29,428 nt of DNA from a virus. Taxonomy: Duplodnaviria > Caudoviricetes. The DNA lies in IMG/VR virus record IMGVR_UViG_3300032214_000073, positions 1 to 29,428 of that record. One strand, 5' to 3'. Below, in pieces: positions 1 through 8,743 of the stretch. The position numbers and the translations under genes are program-made. The notes below the pieces were generated by a model that did no database searches, was not told the origin of the DNA, and saw nothing but the letters and a program-made list of their open reading frames with translations. How positions within the stretch are numbered: position 1 is the stretch's first letter; every line of letters starts with the position of its first letter.

Positions 1-274
1 CTATTGTAAGGGGCAAAACGAATGCAGTTGAGCTCTCATATACCTGGTAAACGTACTGACCCTTTCTGAGTGTTATATCTGTAGGCTCATCTAGGGCAAA
101 CAGGTTGTATCTTTCAGGGTAAGCACTCGTATCAGCAGATGTAAAGAGCTGTGGTGTGCTTGTGGTATTCATTTCATTGGTGAACACAAATAAGTAGTGC
201 GGTGTTGTAACCGTAGTTACCTCTGATAGGGTAAGTACAAACTGATTAATAACACCTTGATCTAAGTATATCAC
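1..274 (-). CDS. Putative virion/head-completion protein, N-terminal part (continues across the circular junction into 29370..29428; ~110 aa total)
   Basis: Not in the ORF track. GTG at 274..272 directly after a late-promoter motif; open frame MIYLDQGVINQFVLTLSEVTTVTTPHYLFVF...YPERYNLF...GQYVYQVYESSTAFVLPLTI runs to base 1. It lies between tail tube and portal in circular order. Confidence 0.7.
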   Translation of the reverse strand, partial: MIYLDQGVINQFVLTLSEVTTVTTPHYLFVFTNEMNTTSTPQLFTSADTSAYPERYNLFALDEPTDITLRKGQYVYQVYESSTAFVLPLTI

Positions 275-304
275 ACCTATATTAATTTACGTTTGTCAAA
301 TGTT
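275..304 (-). promoter_or_regulatory. Candidate phage late promoter (AACA-N16-TAATATAGGT) for the adaptor-portal-lysis operon
   Basis: Minus strand GAACA-TTTGACAAACGTAAAT-TAATATAGGT-GTG; one of five copies; immediately downstream of a terminator. Confidence 0.75.
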
Positions 305-307
305 CAT

Positions 308-337
308 AAAAAAAGCCCCACCATAGTGGCAGGGCTT
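308..337 (-). terminator. Rho-independent terminator after the head/tail-tube operon
   Basis: Minus strand AAGCCCTGCCA-CTA-TGGTGGGGCTT followed by a T-run, about 20 nt after the stop of 358..891. Confidence 0.85.
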
Positions 338-357
338 CAATATAGAGAGGCAGAATT

Positions 358-891
358 TTAAGGAGCAAGTAATGCTGATACGATAGCAGGATCTACTTCG
401 TATGCAAGGTACTCATTCTCAGCTACCAAAGTAACTGCGTATTTAGAGCCATCCGCACGAGCTGTTCCAGAGCCCTCAGCAGTTGCAGATACCTGCAAGT
501 ACGGGAAGTACCAATACTTACCGTTAGCATCAAGTACGATAGCTACTAAGTACTGTTGTCCTGCACCTAAGATTTTGATAGCACGAGACTTTGCAGCCTC
601 ACGTCTATGAAATACTAGGTTGATTGTTTGAGTTACAAAAGAGCTACCATTGACTAAATCAATAGTGCTATCCTCAGTGAAGTTAGATGTGTTGCGACGA
701 ACATAGTAGTTTTCAAATAGTACAGGAGGAGCCTGAAGAGTGATTGCTGTTATCGTCCAACCTGCACCCGCTGATGGGTCTGCAGGAGTGATAGACAAAA
801 TCTCATCTTGTTGGTTAATCCAGATACCATAAATACCACCACTGTTGTTGTCACATGATTTTGCGATTGCTTCTAATGCTTGACAAGCCAT
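358..891 (-). CDS. Putative major tail (tube) protein
   Basis: 177 aa, beta-rich, directly after the capsid gene in the same operon; size and the C-terminal GSGTARADGSKYAVTL segment fit a siphovirus tube protein. Assignment is mainly by context. Confidence 0.6.
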   Translation of the reverse strand: MACQALEAIAKSCDNNSGGIYGIWINQQDEILSITPADPSAGAGWTITAITLQAPPVLFENYYVRRNTSNFTEDSTIDLVNGSSFVTQTINLVFHRREAAKSRAIKILGAGQQYLVAIVLDANGKYWYFPYLQVSATAEGSGTARADGSKYAVTLVAENEYLAYEVDPAIVSALLAP

Positions 892-905
892 TGTGTTAAA
901 GTATT

Positions 906-930
906 AAAGAGCCCCCATCACTGAGGGCTC
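906..930 (-). terminator. Hairpin/weak terminator between capsid and tail-tube genes
   Basis: Minus strand GAGCCCTCA-GTGA-TGGGGGCTC (GNRA loop) followed by only TTTAATAC. Confidence 0.6.
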
Positions 931-941
931 ATGGTTATTTA

Positions 942-1862
942 TTAATTGTAGAAATAGATATCAGATGGGTTCACGAAGTTGAAACCAACTTTCATGTTAG
1001 CACGAGTTCTGATGTAAGGCTCAGCTACAGTATCAGCTAAGTTAACTGCACGTAGGTCAGAGCTATCTCCCTCAGCATCGAATGCGTAGATAAGGTTGTC
1101 TTTCAAAGTGATAACAAATTTGTTATTGCTCATTCCCGGGCAGATAACTATTTTGATACCTAAGTAAGTCAAAGATAAATCTTGAGTGATGTATGCTTGA
1201 GTGTTACCTGAAGCTACTCCTAATCGGTACATATTAACTAACTGAGTAGGCATAAAGATACGCAAGTCAGATGTACGAGTAGCAATAGTAGCAGGAAGTG
1301 CAGATAAAGCAGCAGATAAAGCAAGCTCTAATGCAGCAAAGTTAGCGATTGCAGGAGCAGTAGCAGGATTGATAACGTTCACATCAAGACCTAATACTTT
1401 TTCATAACCATCACACAAAGCAAGTGTTGGGTTTAATGAAGCAGTGTCACCTTGCCAACGGATAAGCTCGATGTTACCATTGATTTTGTTAGCCATCTCA
1501 CCCCAATAGAAAGACATGAAAGATGCAACAGAGAAATCTCCGTTAGATCCTTGGCTCATTTGAAGAGATAAGAAAGATTGCTCTAAGTCAAACTGACAAA
1601 TTTGAGCCATTGCAGACAATGCACAAACGTCAATCTCTTTCGCATCTAAATCATCATTAGGAGCTGAGAAAGAACAGCTAGATGGTTGTAAGATGTTACC
1701 GAAAGTAACAGTTGCTAATTTAGTCTTGTACTTTACACCTGGCAAAGTTCTGTAGTTGTCAGCAGTATCTTCACTCAAGTAGGCTTGAGAATAGAATGCC
1801 TCAGGGTTAGCTGCTAATAAAGCAGTTGGGTCGATTTGCAAATCGAATTTTAATTTACGCAT
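942..1862 (-). CDS. Major capsid protein
   Basis: 306 aa directly downstream of the protease/scaffold gene and followed by a hairpin; size and segments such as ELIRWQGDT and YLGIKIVICPGMS are compatible with an HK97-fold capsid. Confidence 0.8.
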   Translation of the reverse strand: MRKLKFDLQIDPTALLAANPEAFYSQAYLSEDTADNYRTLPGVKYKTKLATVTFGNILQPSSCSFSAPNDDLDAKEIDVCALSAMAQICQFDLEQSFLSLQMSQGSNGDFSVASFMSFYWGEMANKINGNIELIRWQGDTASLNPTLALCDGYEKVLGLDVNVINPATAPAIANFAALELALSAALSALPATIATRTSDLRIFMPTQLVNMYRLGVASGNTQAYITQDLSLTYLGIKIVICPGMSNNKFVITLKDNLIYAFDAEGDSSDLRAVNLADTVAEPYIRTRANMKVGFNFVNPSDIYFYN

Positions 1863-1866
1863 GGTT

Positions 1867-2835
1867 TTATTTGTTTATAAATTTGTTTACACTAGAAAAT
1901 CTTTGCTGTGCACTCATGGCCACAGCCTCACTCACCACCTCATCTTCTACCTCAGCAGATAGAACTTCCTCTAATTGGTTTTTAAGGTCAGCTATCATAG
2001 CAAGTAAAGCATTCATTTGCTCATCAAGCACAGGCTTAACAATAGCAAGGATTGCCTCTGCATCAACTACAGGGTCAACCGCCATTGTCTCTTCCTCTGC
2101 AGGAATTTCTGCTGTTACTGTCTCTTCTACGACAGTATCTTCTAGGGCTACCTCTTCAGAGGCCTCCACTACTTCAGCATCACGTATCTCAGTAACCTCT
2201 CCGTCAACTACGACATAGATTTTACCCTCGATTAGATGCTCTCCATCAGGTAATTTGTTCATTTGTATATTGTTTGTTTGTTGCTCTTTAAGCTTCATCC
2301 CAAGGTATCCCTCTATGCTGAAACCAATCTGCTCTTGGCTAACTAGTTCTGCATAGTACTCTTTATCTGTTACCTGGGCCGTTACCATCAATGTGCCCTC
2401 CGGTACCTCAATACCAAATGATGAATAGGCTTTGTCCTCCATTGGAGTATCTACTATCCATGCCTCAAGGACATAGGCAGGAACTGTCTTAGATTGATCG
2501 TGCTCAAGATTGAATAAATCTCGGTTGACCATCTGCTTCATGAACTTGCCATGGATTAGCTCAATCTCTTCCTTAGTAAACTTGACATTGTACTCCTCTT
2601 TGCTATCCTCATCAAAGCGGTAAATCTCCATAGGTATCAAAGCAGGTGCAGTGATACGGTACTTTAATTCATCCGAAAAGAATAAAGGTTTAGCTTGAGA
2701 ACTGAATGCCATCCCCTTAACTTTGATTGCAGGTGTAGCTGTGAAAGCTATTTGCTCAATGCCAAGGTCCTCACCATTTTCAGCGTATGCCGGGTCAATA
2801 GTGATTTGATAGGTAGGGATATTCTTTTTAGCCAT
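1867..2835 (-). CDS. Prohead maturation protease (XkdF-like) fused to an acidic scaffold domain
   Basis: N-terminal half has PALIP, FNLEH, VPEGT and GFSIEG motifs typical of XkdF-type phage serine proteases; C-terminal half is E/V/A-rich and helical; sits upstream of the capsid gene. Confidence 0.8.
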   Translation of the reverse strand: MAKKNIPTYQITIDPAYAENGEDLGIEQIAFTATPAIKVKGMAFSSQAKPLFFSDELKYRITAPALIPMEIYRFDEDSKEEYNVKFTKEEIELIHGKFMKQMVNRDLFNLEHDQSKTVPAYVLEAWIVDTPMEDKAYSSFGIEVPEGTLMVTAQVTDKEYYAELVSQEQIGFSIEGYLGMKLKEQQTNNIQMNKLPDGEHLIEGKIYVVVDGEVTEIRDAEVVEASEEVALEDTVVEETVTAEIPAEEETMAVDPVVDAEAILAIVKPVLDEQMNALLAMIADLKNQLEEVLSAEVEDEVVSEAVAMSAQQRFSSVNKFINK

Positions 2836-2837
2836 CT

Positions 2838-2866
2838 ACCTATATTAAAAAAACTCTATATTTGTT
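2838..2866 (-). promoter_or_regulatory. Candidate phage late promoter (AACA-N15-TAATATAGGT) for the head operon
   Basis: Minus strand GAACA-AATATAGAGTTTTTT-TAATATAGGT-AG-ATG(2835). Confidence 0.75.
2857..2864 (+). promoter_or_regulatory. Bacteroidota-type -7 promoter element (TAnnTTTG) for the inverted gene pair
   Basis: TATATTTG ending 16 nt upstream of ATG 2880, followed by an A-rich leader; no clear -33 TTTG. Confidence 0.6.
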
Positions 2867-2879
2867 CAAAAATTAAAAC

Positions 2880-3428
2880 ATGATAACTATATTAAACAGG
2901 GAAATTCCCAACCAACTTGAAGAGCTGACCATTGAGCAGTTCGAAGCCATCACTGATATCAATAACAATCAGGAACTTGACCCCATTGATAAGCACCTCC
3001 AAGTGTTTGCATACCTAGGCATTCCTGAAAGTGAGTTTTGGGACTATGATGTGGCTGATTTTGTGGGGATGGTCAAAGAATTTAACTCTGCAGAACGCAA
3101 AGAATATCCAACAGTAGAAGAGCTTGAGATTGATGGATATGTGTACAAAGCACAAATGAAGTTAACTGTAAGAGATACTAAACTGATTGAAAAGATAACA
3201 CTGAAAAAAGAGAAAGGATATATCTCCGAGATGTTAGCGGTCATGTTCAAACGTGAGGACCTTACACCAACTGAACACTACACAGATGCACACATCAAAC
3301 AGAAAGCAAAGCTAATCCGTAAACTGAATGCAGCTATCTCCATTCCATACGTTATGTTTATCGCACAAAAAATAGGACAACAAGCCAATGATCAAGCTAC
3401 CGCAGAATTGGAGCCAAGTAACGCTTGA
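2880..3428 (+). CDS. Conserved phage protein, paralog of 3388..4128 (possible tail assembly chaperone)
   Basis: 182 aa with its own promoter; N-terminal IPNQLEELTIEQF motif matches LPQNWSQVTLEQF of the next gene. Function is inferred only. Confidence 0.6.
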   Translation: MITILNREIPNQLEELTIEQFEAITDINNNQELDPIDKHLQVFAYLGIPESEFWDYDVADFVGMVKEFNSAERKEYPTVEELEIDGYVYKAQMKLTVRDTKLIEKITLKKEKGYISEMLAVMFKREDLTPTEHYTDAHIKQKAKLIRKLNAAISIPYVMFIAQKIGQQANDQATAELEPSNA

Positions 3429-4128
3429 GCAGTTCATTGAATTTAGTGCAATAGATAGAGAACAGGGAGCCTACCACTACAACAGTGAGGCTCTCTCTAT
3501 TTTATCAGATGAGCCTATTGAGGTCATTGAAGATATGGATGTGGATGAGTTGGCAGAACTTGTAGCAGAGGCCAAGTGGTGTACCTCCGAGCCATCCAAA
3601 AGATATAAGCATGAACTGCTTGGCATGAAGTTCAAACCATTCAACAAGCTCACCCTGTATGAGTACATAGACCTGGACTATTTCTTTGGTGATAACTACA
3701 TAACCAATCTTGACAAGGTGTGTGCTATCTGCTACCGGCACAGCAAGTTGAATGAATGGGGGGATGAGGTCCTTGAGCCTTATGAATTTGACTGCAACAT
3801 TAGAGCAGAGAAATTTCATGACCTACCAATCACAGATGTGTATGGAATTGTGCATGAGTTCATGAAGTACAGGGAGGACTTTCTTAAAAAGTATGAGAAC
3901 TTATTTAGTGGTGACCTTGATGAGGATCTAAGTGATGAGGAACGCAGGGAGTTAGATCCCGAAGAGGTTAAGGAAATTGAGAAAGAACAGGCTCAAGCTA
4001 AGTGGTCATGGGAACAAACAATCTACGGGTTGACCAATGGGGATATAACCAAGAGTGATAAGGTTGGTAACCTACCACTCATCTATGTGTTCAATATTCT
4101 TTCAATGAAGAAAGAATTAGACATCTAA
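3388..4128 (+). CDS. Conserved phage protein, paralog of 2880..3428 (possible tail assembly chaperone)
   Basis: 246 aa, acidic and helical; overlaps the previous gene by 41 nt and the convergent gene by 12 nt; C-terminal KWSWEQTIYGLTNGDITK segment. Confidence 0.6.
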   Translation: MIKLPQNWSQVTLEQFIEFSAIDREQGAYHYNSEALSILSDEPIEVIEDMDVDELAELVAEAKWCTSEPSKRYKHELLGMKFKPFNKLTLYEYIDLDYFFGDNYITNLDKVCAICYRHSKLNEWGDEVLEPYEFDCNIRAEKFHDLPITDVYGIVHEFMKYREDFLKKYENLFSGDLDEDLSDEERRELDPEEVKEIEKEQAQAKWSWEQTIYGLTNGDITKSDKVGNLPLIYVFNILSMKKELDI

Positions 4129-4587
4129 CGGGAAGCCCTGCTGAAATCCTGCAGGAGGGTCAAGTGCCTCAAATGTGTACACAAGTTTGTACTGTCTTTC
4201 AAGCACCTCAACTGCTTGGACCAATGGATACTTTTTTGTAATCCATTCAGTGTACTGCCGATAGATTTCTGCAACAAGTCCTGCCTCCATCATTGCATCT
4301 GTAAATTGTGCAACGAAATCTCTAGGAGCAATAGAGCCACCATTCGGCCCATAGGCATTAGCTGTTTGTGGCACCCCATTGTTCAGGAAGATAAAGTAGT
4401 ACATGGCCACAATTTGTATCTCAAGTTTTTGAAAGCCTGTTACCTTGGCATTGATACGCACACTTTCTACAAGTGTACCCTCACCATCTACTACTTCGTT
4501 TCTAATTATTCTCTTTAAGATGGTAGCCATCTTTCTCCTAGTAGGATATAGGATGTTAAACTCCCCTGTGTTTGCGTATCTAGCCAT
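4117..4587 (-). CDS. Putative neck/tail-completion protein (HK97 gp10-like)
   Basis: 156 aa; VDGEGTLVESVR and YYFIFLNNG...PRDF loosely resemble the gp10-family DTGxLxxSI and YxxxxExG...PRPF motifs. Confidence 0.45.
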   Translation of the reverse strand: MARYANTGEFNILYPTRRKMATILKRIIRNEVVDGEGTLVESVRINAKVTGFQKLEIQIVAMYYFIFLNNGVPQTANAYGPNGGSIAPRDFVAQFTDAMMEAGLVAEIYRQYTEWITKKYPLVQAVEVLERQYKLVYTFEALDPPAGFQQGFPLDV

Positions 4588-4723
4588 TGATTAATTCTTT
4601 ATATATATCCATTGTATCATCCACTAGAATGATACCCTTGTCCGTTTCAACATGAAGCTGTGTATCACTAACCACCTCAATAGGTCCTGTGATTGTGTAC
4701 TCTATTCCGTTAATACTAAACAT
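4580..4723 (-). CDS. Small hypothetical protein (47 aa) coupled to the tail fibre gene
   Basis: MFSINGIEYTITGPIEVVSDTQLHVETDKGIILVDDTMDIYKELING*; exactly fills the gap, with 8-nt overlaps on both sides. Confidence 0.65.
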   Translation of the reverse strand: MFSINGIEYTITGPIEVVSDTQLHVETDKGIILVDDTMDIYKELING

Positions 4724-6071
4724 ACGCAAATACTTTATACATATCTATGTTAGCTACATCGGCAATGTTTTGACATTGAATAGTAAATAAGATATATTGG
4801 TTAACTGTTCTATTGAATGCAGTGGTTTGTATAGTGGAACCTGGATTATATTCAATTGTATTTCCTCCTGTTGCCCTAAGACTTGTGCCATCATAGCTAT
4901 AGTTACGCTCGCAGTAAAGTATGAACTGCCCAGCATTGAAACTAAATATACCACTAATCAATGTGGCACCTGTTAAGCTGTTGGTAGTGTTGAAGTAGAT
5001 ACGTCCATACATCTGCCCTACATTGCCTGATTGTCGGTACATCCTAAATACTACCTGCAGGATATTGTTGCTGTTTAATGTATTGGCAGGGATGAGTAAT
5101 GAGTGACATATAGTAATTGCAGTACCTGTAGTAGGGGTGCCTAGTATTCCACTATATCCCATTAGCCTGGGGCCGATGGTTAAATTCCCACTACCTAGCA
5201 GTGAGTTGTTGTTCACCGTTTTAATGTTGGTACCTGATACCAATGCATCTTGCTTAGCGTTGAATGTACTCCAATTAGCACTGCTCAATGCACCCCTATT
5301 GGTAGCGGATGCTGTAGGTATATTAAACTCATGGTTACTACCACTAGATACCACGTTGAAGTCAGTGCCTGTTGTGCCTGTGCTAATGGTCTGCACATCC
5401 GCACTCAATCCATTCAATGCAGTCATGCCTGTTCCTGCTATGATACCTGCTTGTTGTGTTACGGTGAAGATAGCAGATGCTGTTGATGGAGGAGGGCTAC
5501 CTGCAGGATAGTATTCCATACTAACATCTAAGCTAGTTGCACTCCAATAGAGCTCGTAGTAATCTCCACCTACTGCATCAAGTAGATAATTCCAAGATGG
5601 AATGCAGTGACCAGGTGTGCCACCATGTGAAGATACCACAGCTACAAATCCTGCACTACCTGCTACATCTGCACCATTCTTTCTTAGCCATATAGTAACA
5701 TTATGCTCTTGAACATCTATGTTTTGAAACTGAAAAGAAAACTGCAGATTGTATATCCCTGTATTAGCTATGGTTATTTCAGTATCACTCACAACAGTTA
5801 CCCCATTGCTAAAGTCCATTGTCCTGAACTTAGTAGGTTGACCTACATTCACTGCACCTAATGGCTGAGTAATATCATCCTGGTATTGTGCATAGTAACC
5901 TACTGCACCTGCACCACCTGCTCCATCAATGATTTGTTGACCGGTGATAACAGTGTTCACAGGCAAGCCACCCACTATCATGGTACATTCGATTAAATCA
6001 GTAGGCTGTAAATCTCCTGTGTGAGGTGTGAGGGTTGGCCTCCAATCACCCCACCAATTTGGTGCACTCAT
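4716..6071 (-). CDS. Tail fibre/receptor-binding protein
   Basis: 451 aa, G/S/T-rich and modular: a C1q/BclA-like beta segment (ITIANTGIYNLQFSFQF), a linker KQDALVSGTNIKTVNNNSLLGSGN typical of fibre proteins, and a beta-rich C-terminal domain. Confidence 0.7.
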   Translation of the reverse strand: MSAPNWWGDWRPTLTPHTGDLQPTDLIECTMIVGGLPVNTVITGQQIIDGAGGAGAVGYYAQYQDDITQPLGAVNVGQPTKFRTMDFSNGVTVVSDTEITIANTGIYNLQFSFQFQNIDVQEHNVTIWLRKNGADVAGSAGFVAVVSSHGGTPGHCIPSWNYLLDAVGGDYYELYWSATSLDVSMEYYPAGSPPPSTASAIFTVTQQAGIIAGTGMTALNGLSADVQTISTGTTGTDFNVVSSGSNHEFNIPTASATNRGALSSANWSTFNAKQDALVSGTNIKTVNNNSLLGSGNLTIGPRLMGYSGILGTPTTGTAITICHSLLIPANTLNSNNILQVVFRMYRQSGNVGQMYGRIYFNTTNSLTGATLISGIFSFNAGQFILYCERNYSYDGTSLRATGGNTIEYNPGSTIQTTAFNRTVNQYILFTIQCQNIADVANIDMYKVFAYV

Positions 6072-6101
6072 ACCTATATTATTTTAACCTCCTGAAATGT
6101 T
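6072..6101 (-). promoter_or_regulatory. Candidate phage late promoter (AACA-N16-TAATATAGGT) for the fibre operon
   Basis: Minus strand AAACA-TTTCAGGAGGTTAAAA-TAATATAGGT-ATG(6071); fills the whole intergenic gap. Confidence 0.75.
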
Positions 6102-6538
6102 TAATTAAGAGGAACAGCACAGTCAGTCCAATCATTGACGGTTAGTGTAATGTTCATAACATATCCTGCAGCGTAGTCAAGTAGATCATTGTTAAGTGCC
6201 TGGAATGATGGCACCCCTACCACGTCAAAGGCATAGTCAGTACCATCCATGTAGTATATGTACAGGTCATTAAGTATCTGCTGTGTATCACTAAGGATTG
6301 TAATGATGTTAGCCCTATCTTTTTGGATGATGTCAAAGCAATAGATGTCAAAGTTAAACTCGCTTGTATTCTCAGTAGGGATAACACTAACAGGCACCAC
6401 AAAAACAATAGGATATTTCTCATCCTTAGTAGCGAAGTTGTATAGCTGTTCCTTGAAGTCACTGCCTACTTTCTTAACCTGCAAATGGTTAGTATAGAAC
6501 AGCTCGATGTGGTCAATGATTGCTTGTAGTGAGTTCAT
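6101..6538 (-). CDS. Putative tail terminator protein
   Basis: 145 aa, acidic; KYPIVFVVP near the N-terminus and a C-terminal AGYVMNITLTV strand fit lambda gpU/SPP1 gp17-like terminators; adjacent to the tape measure gene. Confidence 0.55.
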   Translation of the reverse strand: MNSLQAIIDHIELFYTNHLQVKKVGSDFKEQLYNFATKDEKYPIVFVVPVSVIPTENTSEFNFDIYCFDIIQKDRANIITILSDTQQILNDLYIYYMDGTDYAFDVVGVPSFQALNNDLLDYAAGYVMNITLTVNDWTDCAVPLN

Positions 6539-8742
6539 TATAGTTCAGCGTTTTTGTTAATCTTGTTTATCTTATTTTGTACGTTGGTTACTTGGGTCTC
6601 AGATACTACAGCGGTAACGGTCATGGAGCTTTCATTGGTAGTACCTCCTGCACTCATTGTACCCCCAGCATTAGCTGAGCCAAAGAGCTGTGCCGCTTGT
6701 GGTACTGATTGTGCTACGTTGGCACTCTCACCACCACCACCTGTACCACCACCACCACCACCACCTGAGGTAGGAGTACCACCTGAAGTAAGTATCTGCT
6801 TAGCTTTTGCAATGTTGGTAGCAATCTGTATGATACCGGTAGCAAACTGAGCTACACCTGCAGCACCTGCAGTTACACCATTCAATGAGTTGGCATTTGA
6901 TGCAGCAACGAGGGATGAGATGGCCTTACCTGTATCAATACCTATCTGCACCAATGCCATACTCTTGTTGAATTTCTCAAGTTTCTTTTGGTCCTTGATG
7001 AATGCAGCACCTACTGTCTGAATACCATTGGCAATATCTGCAGCAAGTTGTAGTCTTGCATCCCTTTCTTTTTGTGCCGCTTCAATTTTAGCTTTGGCTG
7101 CATCCTCTACTATTTTAGTTTCATCGGTTTCATACTTAGCCTTAAGTGCTGCCTTAAGTATCTCATTACCCTCCGCTAGTTTGTACTCCTCTTCATACTT
7201 AGTCTTAAGGGCTTGCAGTTTCTTTTGGTCCTCAGTGAGTTCGCTATCTGCCAAGGTCTTAGCAAGTGTCTGCTGTTGCTTCAACTTAGCATCTGCACGC
7301 TTTTGATTTTCCGCCTCCTCTTGATCGTTGTATAGTTGAGTTAATGTTTTCTTTTGCTCTTCCGTTAGTGTGGTATCTGCCAAGGTTTGAGCTCGTAGCT
7401 TGTCATACTTTGCCTTAGTCATGGCTAGCTCTTTCTCCGTTCCCTCCTCCATTAGTTGGAGCTGTAAATCAGCTATGATGTCATTGCCTTTCTTTAAGTT
7501 GTCCTGTTCAGTCTTAGTCTTATCTGCTGCAAGCTTATCAAGTTCCTGTTGCTGTTGAGTTAGATACATCGCATTGAACTTAGCTTTCTCTTCTGCTGTT
7601 TTGTTAGCATCATTCTTAAGGTCATTCATTAACCTGGCATACTTCTCATTTACGATAGCTACCTCTCTTGCATTGGCATCCTTAATCTGTGATAGCTCAA
7701 AGTCTCTCAATGTCCTTGCATTGTCAAGTCTGTTCTTAGCATTCTGCTTAGCTTTCTCCCTAGCCTTTTCTGCTGCAGCTGCTGCCTCATCTCCTGCTTT
7801 CTTTTCAGCCTCTTTCTCATCCGCTAACTCTTGAGCCTTAATTCTCTTGCGGTCATTTACACCACCTCGGATAATTTTATTTTCTTCCTCAATCTGCTTT
7901 CTTAATTCAGCTCTTTTCTTAGTTGCCTCTTCACCCTCTTGGTGCCTCATTGCCTCAAGTGCTTTCTTAGCTGCAGCCTTTCTCTTGATAGACTCTTTCT
8001 CCAGTGCTCTTGACTTGTCAAGCTCGAGCTGTGTCGTATCCTTGCCTGCAATCTTAGCCATGGCAATCTCTTGGTCGTAGCTTTCAGAGATTGTATCAGC
8101 CCGTTTCTTAGAACTCTCGGATGTTTTCTCATTAGCCTTAGCCATCTTCTCCGCATTCTCATCGGCAGCAAAGCTAGTCAACCCTAGGTAATCACCTAAT
8201 GCTTTGAGACCCTCAATCAATGCATTGATAGGTATCATTAAAAAGTCAAGTACTTTCTGTAGCACCCCTATCTTGTGGAGGAATATCAGGATGGCAGCAA
8301 CAATAGCCACAATCACAGCCACCAATAAAAAGATTGGGTTAGCTAGGATGGTAGCACCTAATGAAACGAATGCACCACCAACAGTTGTGATAACGGATGT
8401 AAGTGATTTGAATGCACCACCAATAGCCTTGGGGTCAATGTTCCCTAAACTCTTAGCAAACACCTTAGACTTTTGTGCAGCCTCATCAAAGTCAAGGCTC
8501 ATCAAACTATCTTTGATACCACCCAATCCATTGCTCACCTGCTCAAACTTGGAGCCTGTAGCAAAGGTATTCACTGCCTCATTGGCATCTGCTAGTTGGT
8601 CCTTAAGTTCCCCTGCTCGCTGTGATAACCTGGCAATATCTTCAGGGTCAGTTGCCTCAGCAATGGCACCCTTTAATGATTTTAATTCTGCCTTGATGGC
8701 ACCAATTCCACCGAGCTTTAATGGGATTTCAACTTCATTCAT
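6538..8742 (-). CDS. Tape measure protein
   Basis: 734 aa with long A/K/E/Q-rich coiled coils, a hydrophobic ANPIFLLVAVIVAIVAAILIFL segment and a Gly-rich C-terminal linker. Confidence 0.85.
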   Translation of the reverse strand: MNEVEIPLKLGGIGAIKAELKSLKGAIAEATDPEDIARLSQRAGELKDQLADANEAVNTFATGSKFEQVSNGLGGIKDSLMSLDFDEAAQKSKVFAKSLGNIDPKAIGGAFKSLTSVITTVGGAFVSLGATILANPIFLLVAVIVAIVAAILIFLHKIGVLQKVLDFLMIPINALIEGLKALGDYLGLTSFAADENAEKMAKANEKTSESSKKRADTISESYDQEIAMAKIAGKDTTQLELDKSRALEKESIKRKAAAKKALEAMRHQEGEEATKKRAELRKQIEEENKIIRGGVNDRKRIKAQELADEKEAEKKAGDEAAAAAEKAREKAKQNAKNRLDNARTLRDFELSQIKDANAREVAIVNEKYARLMNDLKNDANKTAEEKAKFNAMYLTQQQQELDKLAADKTKTEQDNLKKGNDIIADLQLQLMEEGTEKELAMTKAKYDKLRAQTLADTTLTEEQKKTLTQLYNDQEEAENQKRADAKLKQQQTLAKTLADSELTEDQKKLQALKTKYEEEYKLAEGNEILKAALKAKYETDETKIVEDAAKAKIEAAQKERDARLQLAADIANGIQTVGAAFIKDQKKLEKFNKSMALVQIGIDTGKAISSLVAASNANSLNGVTAGAAGVAQFATGIIQIATNIAKAKQILTSGGTPTSGGGGGGGTGGGGESANVAQSVPQAAQLFGSANAGGTMSAGGTTNESSMTVTAVVSETQVTNVQNKINKINKNAEL

Positions 8743-8743
8743 C

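Noticed and set aside
275-284. AGGT in the late motif as a Shine-Dalgarno sequence
   Set aside because: It lies 0-2 nt from the start codon, occurs only at operon starts, and is tied to an upstream AACA box at fixed spacing.
3361-3428. Programmed frameshift fusing 2880..3428 to 3388..4128 (lambda G/GT style) at CAAAAAAT
   Set aside because: The downstream gene is in the +1 frame, has an in-frame TAG at 3373..3375 just after the A-run, and has its own ATG and paralogous N-terminus.
4716-6071. Diversity-generating retroelement or invertible fibre system
   Set aside because: No reverse transcriptase or recombinase gene, and no template/variable repeat pair noticed by eye.
6731-6765. (CCA)n-like microsatellite
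   Set aside because: Explained by GGT codons of the poly-Gly linker in the tape measure protein.
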